A DNA stretch of 64,000 nt from positions 58,785 through 122,784 of the forward strand of contig NW_005434517.1 in the NCBI RefSeq assembly GCF_000315625.1, given 5' to 3'. Origin of the DNA: Guillardia theta CCMP2712. Taxonomy: Eukaryota; Protista; Cryptophyta. A program made the translations under genes and the position numbers. Shown piece by piece: positions 25,191-40,600 of this stretch. The notes under the pieces are model-generated. The model saw nothing but the letters and a program-made list of their open reading frames with translations, was not told the DNA's origin and searched no databases. The stretch's first letter is position 1, and each line of letters begins with the position of its first letter.

Positions 25191-25679
25191 GTGAGGAAGC
25201 GAAGGTGATGGAGGAGGAAGTGGTGGTGGTGATGGTGGAGAAACAGGAGGAAGTGGAGGAAGGAGGAGGAGGAGGAGGAGGAGGAGAAACAGGAGGAGGA
25301 GGAGGAGGAGGAGGAGGAGAAACAGGAGGAGGAGAAACAGGAGGAGGAGAAACAGGAGGAGGAGGAGGAGGTCAGGGTAATTTCGCTCAATCTTCATCAT
25401 TCTACCGGCTCAATGCATACCTCTGGCTCCATCCTGTCTTTATTCCTTCTGACGTGCTCTAGACACTTTGTCTATCCGTCAGATATGTAGAGTTTCAATG
25501 TTAAATCCTTATCATTATCAAATGGTTTTTTCCTCCCCCTCCTCCTCATGCTCCTCCTCCTCCTCCTCCTCCTCCTACTCCTACTCCTAATCCTAATCCT
25601 CCTCCTACTACTACTACTACTTCACGTTCTATTCGACCTACTCATCTTCTCAACTTCTTTTCCTCGCTCTTTCTCTCTC

Positions 25680-29586
<3,907 letters not shown>

Positions 29587-29849
29587 GCAAGCAGGACCGT
29601 CCGTGTACCCCCTCTAATTAACCTTTATAGAGCACCCTACCCCTGTGTATGATACATAGTTCGTCCTTAAGTAATGGGTGGAAGTGGATATAGATAGATA
29701 GGACCGGTGGTCATCAGTAGAGAGGCCCTGGCCTTTTGACAAGCCTTCAGGTCAACTTGAATGGATCAACTCTTCTACTAGTACCCCTCTGTGGTGACTA
29801 CAAAACAGGGGTACACCCAATATGAGCAGTTATCGAGGATACGGTGCAC

Positions 29850-30330
29850 GGTGTACCGTTTTAACTTAACTTTGAGTAAACTCTGTACCGTACTACGGTG
29901 CTCAGCGGCTGCCGCACTCAGTGCGGCAGCGGCAGCGGACCGTGTCACAGTGTGGCCGCCGGGCCTCGCCGGACTGAGTCCGAGGGCGGCCGCGCCCGGG
30001 GGCCGTACTAGGCAGTACCGTAGTACGCCGGGCGGGATTTGAATTTGAATTCACTGAATATGTAGGGCCGTAAGGTGGCGAGGAAGCTTGACCGTACGGT
30101 CCTGACACTGCCGCTGTGCGACGGTCGCGCATGATCGACAGGCCACTGACGGCGAGAAGAGAAAAGCCTGACAGCGAGAACCAAAACCCGGTGAGTCATG
30201 ACCGGGCCTGCCTACTACTGTCCCTCAAACTTAACTGATACCGTACCTTCACTTAACTGCGCGCAGGACCATGCCCCCGCCACATGCGGCAGTGCGGCGT
30301 TGCCAGCGATGTCCCTGTAGCCATGCCGGG
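29850..30330. promoter_or_regulatory. GC-rich palindrome-word island between divergent genes
   Basis: TTAACTTAA, CCGTACGG, CCCGGG, TGAGTC and TTTGAATTTGAA words; flanked by 5' ends of a minus and a plus gene. Confidence 0.4.
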
Positions 30331-30990
30331 GCGAAGGAATGAGACGGCATGATAGTTATGAATGAGACGGCACTGAGTCAAGGCTTTTTACTCAACTAGT
30401 CTCACTACCGTGGGAATCTTTATATTGGCAAACTTATCGGATACTTTTTAAAGGTGACAGAGTTTTATAAGTTGCCTCAATTGGTCTATTTTCGGTATCG
30501 TCGCTACCGGTTCTAGTACCACATGAGTTTACTTATCAAATACTGTACCGTGATAACCGTAACTGCCCTGCCTCGTTATTACTCAAATAACGGTAACTGC
30601 CCGGCCCCCATACCTCACGGTCCTTAACTGACGTGACTCATGTCCTAGCAGTGCGGCTGGTACTACCGGTCCTTGCCCCAGCCAGTGCTGGTACATGTGA
30701 CCGTGGGGGGCACTTGACTCCTCGGCGTGTGAACGGTAGGGGCCGGAGGAGTCATGGGCAGGCTAGATCACGACCCCCTCGTTAGGGGACCATGAGGACC
30801 TGGCCGATACCCACCCCCCCTGGTCCCCCCCAGGCCTCTTCATATATTGAAGCCTCACGCCGACTCCTTGCTTACCACTGCACGGTTGCTTGCTCACTGC
30901 CGCTCCTGCTACACTTGCTGAGCCTGACTCCCTCATCCTTCTCCTCTTCACGCATACCCCGCCAGCTCTTCAGCTTCCTCTCTCAGAGAC

Positions 30991-31461
30991 ATGCGACCCG
31001 GGGGACACAGCTTCTCTGTGGACAAAGTCAACGAGTGGCTACGCAAAGAGCAGCTCGCCAAGTCTCAGCGCATGAAAGAAGCTCATCGGCAGCAGCGTCT
31101 TCGGCACAAGCAGCAGCATGAAGCAAGGAAGGAGAAACTGAGCCAGGGAGACACTCCGGCGCGGCAGGAGGATGGGGGAAATGAGGCACAGCAGTGGTCG
31201 TCGACTCTCGAGGAAAGCGGCTTGGACTTCTCAGCGTTGTTCGACCTCGTGGGAAATCTTATTGCACGTGCAGGAGATCAGCTTAACGACATGCAGTCAG
31301 TGACGTCGAGCCAGAGCGACGCGGAGGACAAGAATGTCCACCAGTGGATGGCGCGGGAAGACCTGAAAGTCTCCTTGTCTCGGGTTGGAGACTTCTCAGA
31401 GGGTGTGAAGGTTGAGGAGATCCAGTTCCAAAGTGTTGACAAAAAGAAATACATCTTTTGA
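30991..31461 (+). CDS. Hypothetical protein (156-aa exon; possible upstream exon near 30792)
   Basis: Protein-like ORF ending before AATAAA at ~31486. Confidence 0.5.
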   Translation: MRPGGHSFSVDKVNEWLRKEQLAKSQRMKEAHRQQRLRHKQQHEARKEKLSQGDTPARQEDGGNEAQQWSSTLEESGLDFSALFDLVGNLIARAGDQLNDMQSVTSSQSDAEDKNVHQWMAREDLKVSLSRVGDFSEGVKVEEIQFQSVDKKKYIF

Positions 31462-31965
31462 GTAGATGTGCAGAAGAATGTCACAATAAATCATCAGCTA
31501 CCTCTTTTTGTAGATGCTGGTCACGCTCTAATCTCAATCTTGTTGGAATCCTTCCGCTCCTCCAGTACAAGCGCTTCACCGCTCTCAAGGATCTCTCACG
31601 GTCGACTTTTGTCTGGGCATGAAATATCGCTAGCCGTCCTTTGAGATGGGTCACCATCGGCGCCGAACCTCATCTATTATCGAATCATATTCACAACTCG
31701 AGGACCTAAAAAGGTTTCTTCATCCAGCCCTAAAGCCCTAAGAGTTCTTCCTCTGTCTCACACTTGTCGTCACTTCTGTTTGTTACTGACCCTTGCTCCA
31801 CATTCGCTGTGCCCCACGAGTGAGGACTGTTCTGAGCGAGTGTAGGGCGGATCTGACAACGGGAGTTAAGTCTTTTAGTGATTATACATGTAGCTTGCTG
31901 TAAAGAAATCTTTACGATCTCACTCCCAAGTCACCTTGTCGCCAAATCATCTTTTGAAAGCCGAT

Positions 31966-33504
31966 TCACTTCTTGCTCGTCATCAGATGCCTCAAAGCGA
32001 GGCGAGAAGCTATGGGGCTTCCACAGGCCAGCTCATGAGGAAACAAGAGCTCGACATCGCCTTGCGATCTTGCCATTCTCCTGCTGATTCGCTCTCGCTC
32101 TCGAGTAAGTAGAACAAGGTCGTCGTCTTTCAACTCCTGGGCAGTGAAGGAGAACACGAAGACTGATTTGAGTTGCTGCGTCTGATACGGCAGACTGTTC
32201 TCAGATTCAAGCTCCTCAATCTGATCTTCATGCTCGTTCTGAATTGCTGGGCACTCATCGTGTGAAACGTCTCGTGGCATCTCTTTGTGTTCTCCTTGCA
32301 AGGTCTTCATCGAAACAAGATGAAAGCAGACCAAGGCATATTCGAGAGAGCGTCGCAAACGAGCTTGCAACAAAATTGTGCTAGCCCTGAATGTCAAGAA
32401 CTCTCTTCGGTCACGATACATTACGACAGTCTGTGCGATTCTTTCATAGCTGTTGTGACGTACTGTCATGTCGGATTGTTCGATGAGCTTAGAATATTCG
32501 CGAACAGACCAACTTCTTTGAAAACACGAACACAAACATGCCAGCGCCTCTAATCTCCTCTCCTTTTGCATCTGAACACAAATTCTTACAAGGCGAGCAG
32601 CGATGGTTTCATGAGACTGCAGCAGTCTACACCAATGTTTCCTTGCGTTCCGCGACACCAGATAAGGTCCCAAGATCTGCATTGCGTTGAACTCCGAGCG
32701 CTGCTTGAGCATCATCATATAACGTGAGATGATCGAATGGGAGGAACAGATTTGTTGGATAGAAGCGCACCCTCTCCTGCGTATTCGACTCTGAAGCTCG
32801 GTGCTGGCTGCTCTCAGCTTTCTGTACCTCCTCACTTCAACAAACGTCCGCAGCCAGCGAGGCAGATCTTGTCGCATGCTACTCCATTCCTTCTGCAAGC
32901 GACGTCGGAGGTATCCCTGCATGCAAGAGGCCGCACAATCCTTCACCTTGTGCTGCGTCGCCGCATCAAAACTGATCATCGCCAAGAAGCGACGAACGTG
33001 TCTCTGTGCAACCTTTGCTGCCTCTACCTGTATGGATAGCGCTCTTTGTCGCTTGTCCGTCTTCGCTCTCTGTTGCTTCATCCGATCATGCCTTATCCAT
33101 CGGCACTCTTCTCTTCCGAGCATGCCTCTATACGTCCTTTGTACATCCAATGCTGCTTTTCGCACTCTCGCCTTTCCCCAGGAATCTGCCAACGACCTCA
33201 ACCACAGATCAAGTTTGCTCCTCTGCCTTCCCCTGCTTTGCTGTATCCTTGCTGCCCGAGCAAAGTGCGATCGAGCTCCACACAGGTTGTCCGACTGCCT
33301 TGCGCGTATTCCGCTTTTGAGGAGGGCGATGACTCGTTCGCTGTTGGAGTCTTCACTCTCGTACCCGTCAGACAGCAAGTCTGTGGGCTCTCTCGCTGCT
33401 TCCAGACTACTCATCGCATCCTCCCCTCTCCCTCCACCATCGCCCGGACGCAGACTCGGCCTCTCCCTCCTCCTCGCGCTCCCCTTGACCCGGGTCAATG
33501 CCAT
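31966..33504 (-). CDS. Multi-IQ-motif (calmodulin-binding) protein
   Basis: VQRTYRGMLGR, AQRHVRRFLA, MQGYLRRRLQ, LQSRIRRRG and LQARLRRSL; true 3' end may continue after an intron. Confidence 0.7.
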   Translation of the reverse strand: MALTRVKGSARRRERPSLRPGDGGGRGEDAMSSLEAAREPTDLLSDGYESEDSNSERVIALLKSGIRARQSDNLCGARSHFARAARIQQSRGRQRSKLDLWLRSLADSWGKARVRKAALDVQRTYRGMLGREECRWIRHDRMKQQRAKTDKRQRALSIQVEAAKVAQRHVRRFLAMISFDAATQHKVKDCAASCMQGYLRRRLQKEWSSMRQDLPRWLRTFVEVRRYRKLRAASTELQSRIRRRGCASIQQICSSHSIISRYMMMLKQRSEFNAMQILGPYLVSRNARKHWCRLLQSHETIAARLVRICVQMQKERRLEALACLCSCFQRSWSVREYSKLIEQSDMTVRHNSYERIAQTVVMYRDRREFLTFRASTILLQARLRRSLEYALVCFHLVSMKTLQGEHKEMPRDVSHDECPAIQNEHEDQIEELESENSLPYQTQQLKSVFVFSFTAQELKDDDLVLLTRERERISRRMARSQGDVELLFPHELACGSPIASRLALRHLMTSKK

Positions 33505-33610
33505 GTTCCAACGGCTTGTGCAGGTTGAGCTAAATTGTTTAGTTATTTTTTATGACAGAAACATTGAGCTAGGTGCAGTATTAGTAAACCTGTTGAAAGT
33601 TTGTGGCCGC

Positions 33611-36600
33611 ATGTCGTCGCAAGGGAGGGAGGGGAAGGCGCCAGGCAGCATGCTGCTGCTGCTGCTGCTGTCCTGCTCCGCTCCTCCTGCTCCCTTCGTG
33701 ACCTCAGCATCTAGTGGACTGAGATTTGTCTCCTCCTCCTCCTCCCTTCATCTCCTTCCTGCAGTGTTGAAGCATACTGGTCGCATCACCCTAGAGCAAA
33801 CTTTGAGGCTGCGAGGAGGGGACAGCAACGATTGCAATGAGTTTGGCGGGTATCAAGTGCTGAACAATGAGATGAGAGAGAGCTTCGATACAGTGATGAA
33901 GCGAAGGTTCGTGTTCATGCAGTCATTTCTCATCCATGGAGGTGGGAGCACCTGACGGCGCATGCGCCTTCTGATGTACATGGCAGGAGTTTCTGGGCTC
34001 TTCGATTACGGACCGATAGGTTGCTCCATCAAGAACAACATCGTCGACGCATGGAGAAAGTTCTTTGTGAGCTCTACCTCTCTGTCAGACAAGTCCGTGA
34101 CTGTCGATGACGCGAAGGTGGTGAGCGATGGGATGCTCGAGGTCGCGTGTCCGTCAATCACCCCTCATCGAGTGCTGGAGGCGTCAGGGCATGTCAAGAG
34201 ATTCACAGACCTGATGGTTAGAGACGAGACGAGCGGAGAATGTGAGAGGCTGTTCGCATGCGACCCCATGTGAACGGGTTGCAGGTTTCCGAGCGGACAA
34301 GCTGATCGAAGAGTTCTGCGATGTGGACCTGATGAAAGATGCAAAGCATTCGAATGAAACCAGACGGTAGATGCCAGGTTGTGTTGAAACATCGAAGTTA
34401 ACGTGTCTTGGTTGGCAGTGAAATGATGATGAGTTTGAAAGCAAGAGCAGGCAGTATGACGATAGAGCAAGTTGAGGATGCGATATCAACTTTCAACATC
34501 ACATCACTCAGCACTGGAGCAAAGCTCTCAAAGGTGAATGTCCTTGCAACTTGCCTCTCTTCTTGACACATTCCAGCCGTTGCCTTTCAATCTCATGTTC
34601 AAGAGCACCATCGGACCCTCGTCTGGGTCGTCTGTCTTCCTTCGACCGGAAACCGCACAGGTTGTCCGATAAGTTGAAATGACTTCGTAATGTCAACGAT
34701 CAGTGAGCACGGAACTTGTTTCTATGTGACATGATGTTTTGGACACGTATGGTGTTGCAATGATAGTTCGTCACGACACGCGCTACCTTGAGCGTTGGAA
34801 ATCTTGTTTTGATTACTAATTCATTCTTCTCTACAGGGAATCTTCACCAACTTCAAGAGACTTCTTGAGTTCAACGGCGGAAAGCTACCGATGACTATTG
34901 CTCAGATCGGAAAATCATTTAGAAACGAGATTGCGCCGAAGCAAGGTCTCGAGAAGAGAGCTACCTTCGTCTCTTGATTTCGTGATCCAGGGCTGCTAAG
35001 ACAACGTGAGTTTGAAATGGCTGAGATCGAGCATTTCCTTGCCAACGGAGAAACCGGACATGTCGAGTTCTGCAAGGTGAGGGAGGCGGAGCACATAGAT
35101 GGAAGCTGACGGGTAAAGCAGATGGCAGACGTGGAGGTCTGTCTTTTCTCTAGGACGGCGCAGGAGAGAGGAGAAGCTGAGAGTTGGACTACACTCGGGC
35201 AAGCAGTGGAGGATGGAATCATCGTCAACCAGGCATTCTCCTCCTCTTCCTCTTCCTCTTCCTCTTCCTCTTCCTCTTCCTCTTCCTCCTCATGGCTCTT
35301 GCAGGCTCTGGCCTACTTCCTTGGTAAGACGCAAAAGTTTCTCCGGCAATGTGGAATCAAGGCCATTCGATTCCGGTATGAGCGACAGGGCGTTCTCTGT
35401 TGGTCGTGTTTCCGTTGCTTGTGCTTTTCTTTCTTCTCCCTTTCGCTTCATTTCATCTGATCTGTTGAAATCTTCTCTCCCCTCCTCCCGTCCCTTGGCT
35501 CCTGCCCCTCCCTTCCTGTCACTTCCTCCCATTCTCCTCCATTCTTCTCAACTCCCCTCCCGACCCCTTGCGTTCATTCCGTGACCGTCAGTACTTTCTC
35601 GCTTGTTTGACTCTTGACTTGCAACGGTTGTGGACCTGATCTATTGCGTGTCAAACATGACACCTGCAATCTCTTTGTTTTCTTGCTTGTCAAACTTGAC
35701 GACTCAAACCTCTACATTCACCTCATTACAGGCAGCACCGGGCAACAGAGATGGCGCATTACGCGCAAGACTGCTGGGACGCGGAGGTTCTCTGCTCCTA
35801 CGGCTGGGTGGAGGTAGTGGGGCATGCAGATCGAGCGTGTTTCGACCTCCAGATGCACTCGGAGGCGACGGACGTGCCGCTCGTGGCGTGGGAGCAGCAC
35901 CAGGAACCGCGCGAGAGACGAGTCGTGCAGGCCACGATTGACCGGTGCTGCAACCGCTGGAGGAGGAGACGGAGGAGGAGGAGGAGGAGGAGGAGGAGGA
36001 GGAGGAGGAGGTGGTGGTGGTCATGGTCATGGTAGTTGTGGTGGAGGAGGATGAGGAGGTGTTGGATGTGGAGGGATGTTGAAGGGGCGACAATGATAGA
36101 GTGAAAGAATAGGGGAAAGGAGGATGAGGAAAACAAAAGGAGAGCGAGTGTCTGACTGCGGTCTAGGGCTTTGATTGGCAAGGCGTTTCGAGCTCGCAGC
36201 AAGCTCGTGGTCGAGGCGCTTGAAAAGTTTGCAGAGAAGGAGGGGGAAGAGGCGCTTGCCTTTCAGAAGGGGAAGGAGGAAGGAGCACCAGAAGCGCTCA
36301 AGTTGCGAGTAGAAGAGGAGGAGCTCGAAATCCCAGCTGCATGCGTTTCCTTCAAAGAGACGATCGTTCGGTTTACCAGCTCATCCCCTCTTCTTTCATC
36401 CCTCCTCTCCTTTCCCCCCCCCCGTCTTCCTCCTCATCACTTCCCTTCAGCCCTTGTTGCTTGTCCCTGACGAGGCAGGCAGCGAGCATGGAGCCTTCTA
36501 TTATCCCCGGGTCGTCGAGCCTTCCTTTGGACTTGACCGTTTGTTCTACTGTATACCAGCAAACCTCCTTTCTCCTCTCACCTCCCTCCTCCCCTGCTTC

Positions 36601-37594
36601 CTGCTCCCTGCCCCCTGCTCCTTCCTCTGCTTTTCTTATCTGCGCCCCTTCTTCTCTCCTCCTCTCTTCCTCTTCTCCTCCTCTCCACTTCTTCTCTACT
36701 CCACTTCTTTTCCGTTTCCTCTTTCTCGCCATCTGCTAAGCAGTCTCGTCCTATCCTTGCTCTCCTCCTCTTTGCGCTCCTCCCATTCTTTATATCCAGG
36801 TGTACTGATCGTCGTTCCCTTTCCCTTCAGGCTCCCTTGAGCATGCGTTCTACGTGCGAGGCAACGATCATGAGGTCCTTCTGCTTCATCTCCTTCTGCT
36901 GCTGCTCCTGCTGCTGCTCCTGCCTGTCAGCTCCTGCTCCTTCCCTTGAACATCCTCGCAGAGAACGGTGCTGGGTCTTCCTGTCTCCATCGCTCCCTTC
37001 CAGTGTTGCATGCTGGGGCTCTCTTCCAACGATCAGCTCATGCCAATAGTGTACGAGATACACGAGGAGATGAGGAAAATGGTCATACCCTTCCTTCCTA
37101 CCTTCCTTCTTGCCTTCCTTCCTACCTTCCTTCTTGCCTTCCTTCCTTCCTGCCTTCTCCTACTTGCTTTTACCTCGTTCACTTTTGCAGGGCGTCAATT
37201 GCCGTCTTGATGACTCTGCTGCGAATATCGGCAAGCGATACGCTCGCATGGACGAGATTGGAGTTCCTTTTGCAGTGACGGTGATAGGAGGAGGAGGGGG
37301 AGGGAGTGGAGGAGGAGGAGGAGGGTCAACATGTGACATGGAGCAGGTCGACTTTCAGTCTTGTCAGGATGGAACTGTCACGGTGAGATGCTCGCTTCAT
37401 GCCCCACTCCTCTCCCCTCTTCTCCAGCCTCCTTCACTCACCATGAGCAACTTCAGCTACGGGAGCGCGACAGCATGGAGCAGGTCAGGGTGCCCAAGGA
37501 GGAGGTTCCACAGCTTGTCCGCTCGCTGTGTGAGGCTCGAGAGTCTCCCGATGTCAGCTGGGCGGCAGCTAAGGAGCGGTACCCTAGCGTTTAG
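33611..37594 (+). CDS. GARS: Glycyl-tRNA synthetase (eukaryotic alpha2 type), many exons, with N-terminal signal/transit extension
   Basis: [68 protein letters not shown]...[40 protein letters not shown]...[21 protein letters not shown] and [18 protein letters not shown]. Confidence 0.95.
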
Positions 37595-37640
37595 AGGGCT
37601 CAGCTCAAGTTCAGCTGGGGTATATTACAAGTTTGCTCTC

Positions 37641-40600
37641 CTAATCTTTCTTGGAAGGGGCCAGGCGGCTCCTCTTGCTCGCTGCCTCCTCTACTGCCAG
37701 CTGGTCGGACGCGAGGAGGAAGTTAAGCTCCGTCTCCTGAGGCTCCAACCAGCGACCTAAGCTCGACTTTGATCCGCTGACCTTCCACACTTGAAACGCT
37801 TCCTCAGGAAGATAGAGCCACTCGTCCTGCCGCCCTCGTCAGCCGCTTGTTCCTCTCTTATCCTTCTACTCTCTTTCTTTTCCTCCTCTCTCTTGTTTCC
37901 TCATCATCGCATCGCGCATCTCTCCCAGCCTCCCTGTCCTCACCTCTTCCCCGTCGTTCCAGCGGACGCGGTGCATGACCTTGACCACGCCGTTCTTGCT
38001 TCTGCTGTCTCCCTTGGAGGGGCTCGCGGCCATGGGGAACGGAACCTTGTAGCCCATTACCTGCTCCAGGTTGAGACGGTCTGCACAAGAAGCGCTCGAG
38101 CAAGCAGCGGGAGGGAGGGAGGGAGGGGGGAAGGGAGGGGAGGAGAGGGGACGCTTGTACCACGCAGGCATGCCATGCATAGGCCTTGATGTCCTCCGTC
38201 CATACGCACACGCGGAGCTTCCGACCCTTTGACGAGCGCAGGCGGAGGTTGACGATGTTGCGGAGCAGGGAGGCGACACGATCGCCAAGGAGGAGGACGG
38301 CGAGGTTAACAGACGCGGCACTGGTGCGGGAGGCGAGCAGCTGCCATGCGCTCCTCTCCTCCTCCTTGGACCACAGAGCGATCCCCTGCCATGCTCCAGT
38401 CACGCCCGCCAGCAGAAGCATCTCCGACTGGGCGACATCACCTGGTCATCGCAGTCGTCCGAGCCCTCGTCATCGCAAGAGTACTCGATGGTCCCCTGCT
38501 GTCCCGTTACCTCCTCTCGCCTCTGCCTCCTCCTCTCGCTTCCTCTTCCTGTTTCCTTCCTCTCCTCTCCCTCCCACCTGTAGGATCCCGCGAGCAAACT
38601 CGAGGCCCTCAGGCCTTCGACCTCCCGCTGGCTCAGCAGCATCCGCACTGCGATGAGACGAGGAGGAGGAGGAGGAGGAGGAGGAGGAGGAGACGTCATG
38701 AAGGAAGCTCTCCATCACAACCATCGCCTGTGGAAGATTAGAGTGTTTGCCAGCTCATGAGAAAGAAAGCATACATCAGCGACGGCACGGAGACTCTTCG
38801 CTTGCTTCAGCTTCTTCGCCCAATCTTGTCTCCTCTTCTGCCAGCTTGAGACAGAGCTAGCCATCGCTGACAGCTCGTTGTCCTCCTCCTCGTCCTCCTT
38901 GTCTTCCTCCTCCGGGTTCGGCTCAGCCACGTAACTCCACCTGCACCAGGCCTCCAGGTTGAGCAGATTCTCTCTGGCCATCTTCACTCCATCGTCCTCA
39001 TCGCCAGGCCCCTGCCCCCTAATCAGTCCCTCCCTCCATCTCTCCTCCTCAGCCCCTCCCCTCTCTCCATCTCTCCTCACCTCGAACGCTGCTGCATTCG
39101 TGCTCAGCTGCTGCAGCTGCAGGAGACAGAGTGAGAGGGACGAGGAACTGAGGAGGGGCAGTACCACGTTCATGATTGGAGGAGAGGAGTCGGAAGACTT
39201 TGACAAGCGGTTGTAAGGAGCTCTGGCTGACACGTCTTTCACCTTAGTGGCTTTTGAGATCTGAGCAAAGTCCTGCGACTCATCAACATCAGCTCCATCA
39301 TCATCATCTTCTCCTCCTCCTCCTCCTTCATCCCCATCATCGTCTTCTCCCTTGTCATCATCATCTCATGACCCCTCACTTCATCATCGTTATCTCCACC
39401 ATCTCTTCTCCTCTTCACCTTCTGATAGCTCAGGAGGCTTCTCAGTCGCTTGAGCAGATTGTTCTCTTGCATCCCCCGCACGCTCAGCCAGCCCTGGTGG
39501 TGACGTCACACAATCTCAGCAGCGCCTGCAGCTCACCATGAGCGCGTCCAGCTCTTCCCCATAGGAGTAGCAGGTCCACCCTCCTCCCTTGGCCTCCCGC
39601 ACCAGCACAACATCCGCAACTCCTTCAAGCTGCCAGTACACTCGCTGCAGGCGATCTTGTCCCAGACACTGCAGCAAATGAGAAGGTGAGAACGAAGACG
39701 GGGAGGGGGAGGATAGGAGAGAAGAGGGGAAGAGGGGAGGATGGTTAACAGTAGGGAAGGAGAAGGGGACGGGAGAACGAAGATGAAGGATTCGGAGGAA
39801 AGAGAAGGAGTCTGTCGCACCTCCCCTCGCACTTTGACTCGGTCCATATCCCTGTTAAACTCCACGTCTCGCTTGCGCTTGCGGTCCTCCAGCATCTTCA
39901 TCTCGCTCTCTATCTCCGTCTCGCTCGGCAGTCGCTCGCTCCCGCTCCTCCGCGACAACCAAACTTCCTCTGCATCCCCACGTCAGTCTGAGGGAGCCAA
40001 CAAATCCTCCACCCTCTAACCTGCTCGAGCTCGAGACTGTGCCACCTTCTGGTCCGTCGCTCCAGGATCCCCTCCTCCTCCTCCTCCAGCTGCCTCTGCC
40101 GCCTTAGCCTTCTTGGAACCCTCGGGCTTGTCTCCCTGTGACTCGCTGCTCCCTCCCGTTGCCTTGGCGCTCTTCTTCTCCAGCGCTGACTGCAGGTCAA
40201 GCTTGCGCTTCTTGTCAAGAGTGTCTGACTCCATCCTGCAAGACTGTGTGAGGGGGACAGGGGCGGGAAGGAGGGAGAGGGAGAAGAAGGAGAGAGAGAG
40301 AAGAAGGAGCTCACCTTGACTTGCGGATCTGATGCTGCGTCTCGAGGTTGAACTCGAGGACCTTGTGCATGCCCGGCGACGAGCAGGCTTCGTCGCACAG
40401 GAAGCGAAGAAGCTTAACCTGGGCGGGAACACGTCATGTACATGAGGACTCATCATGCGGAAACCTTGAGATCGAGCGGAAGCAAGCTGGGCTCCTGCTC
40501 AAGCAGAAGCTTGGCGCAGTCGGAGTACCAGGGCTCCGAGGCCTCTTGAGAGTCGGACAGACTAACGAGCAAGACGCTGAGAAGCGCCGGCCAAGTGATG

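Noticed and set aside
32801-33610. N-terminal part of the 384-aa plus ORF
   Set aside because: It is the antisense shadow of the IQ gene; only the part from ATG 33611 belongs to GlyRS.
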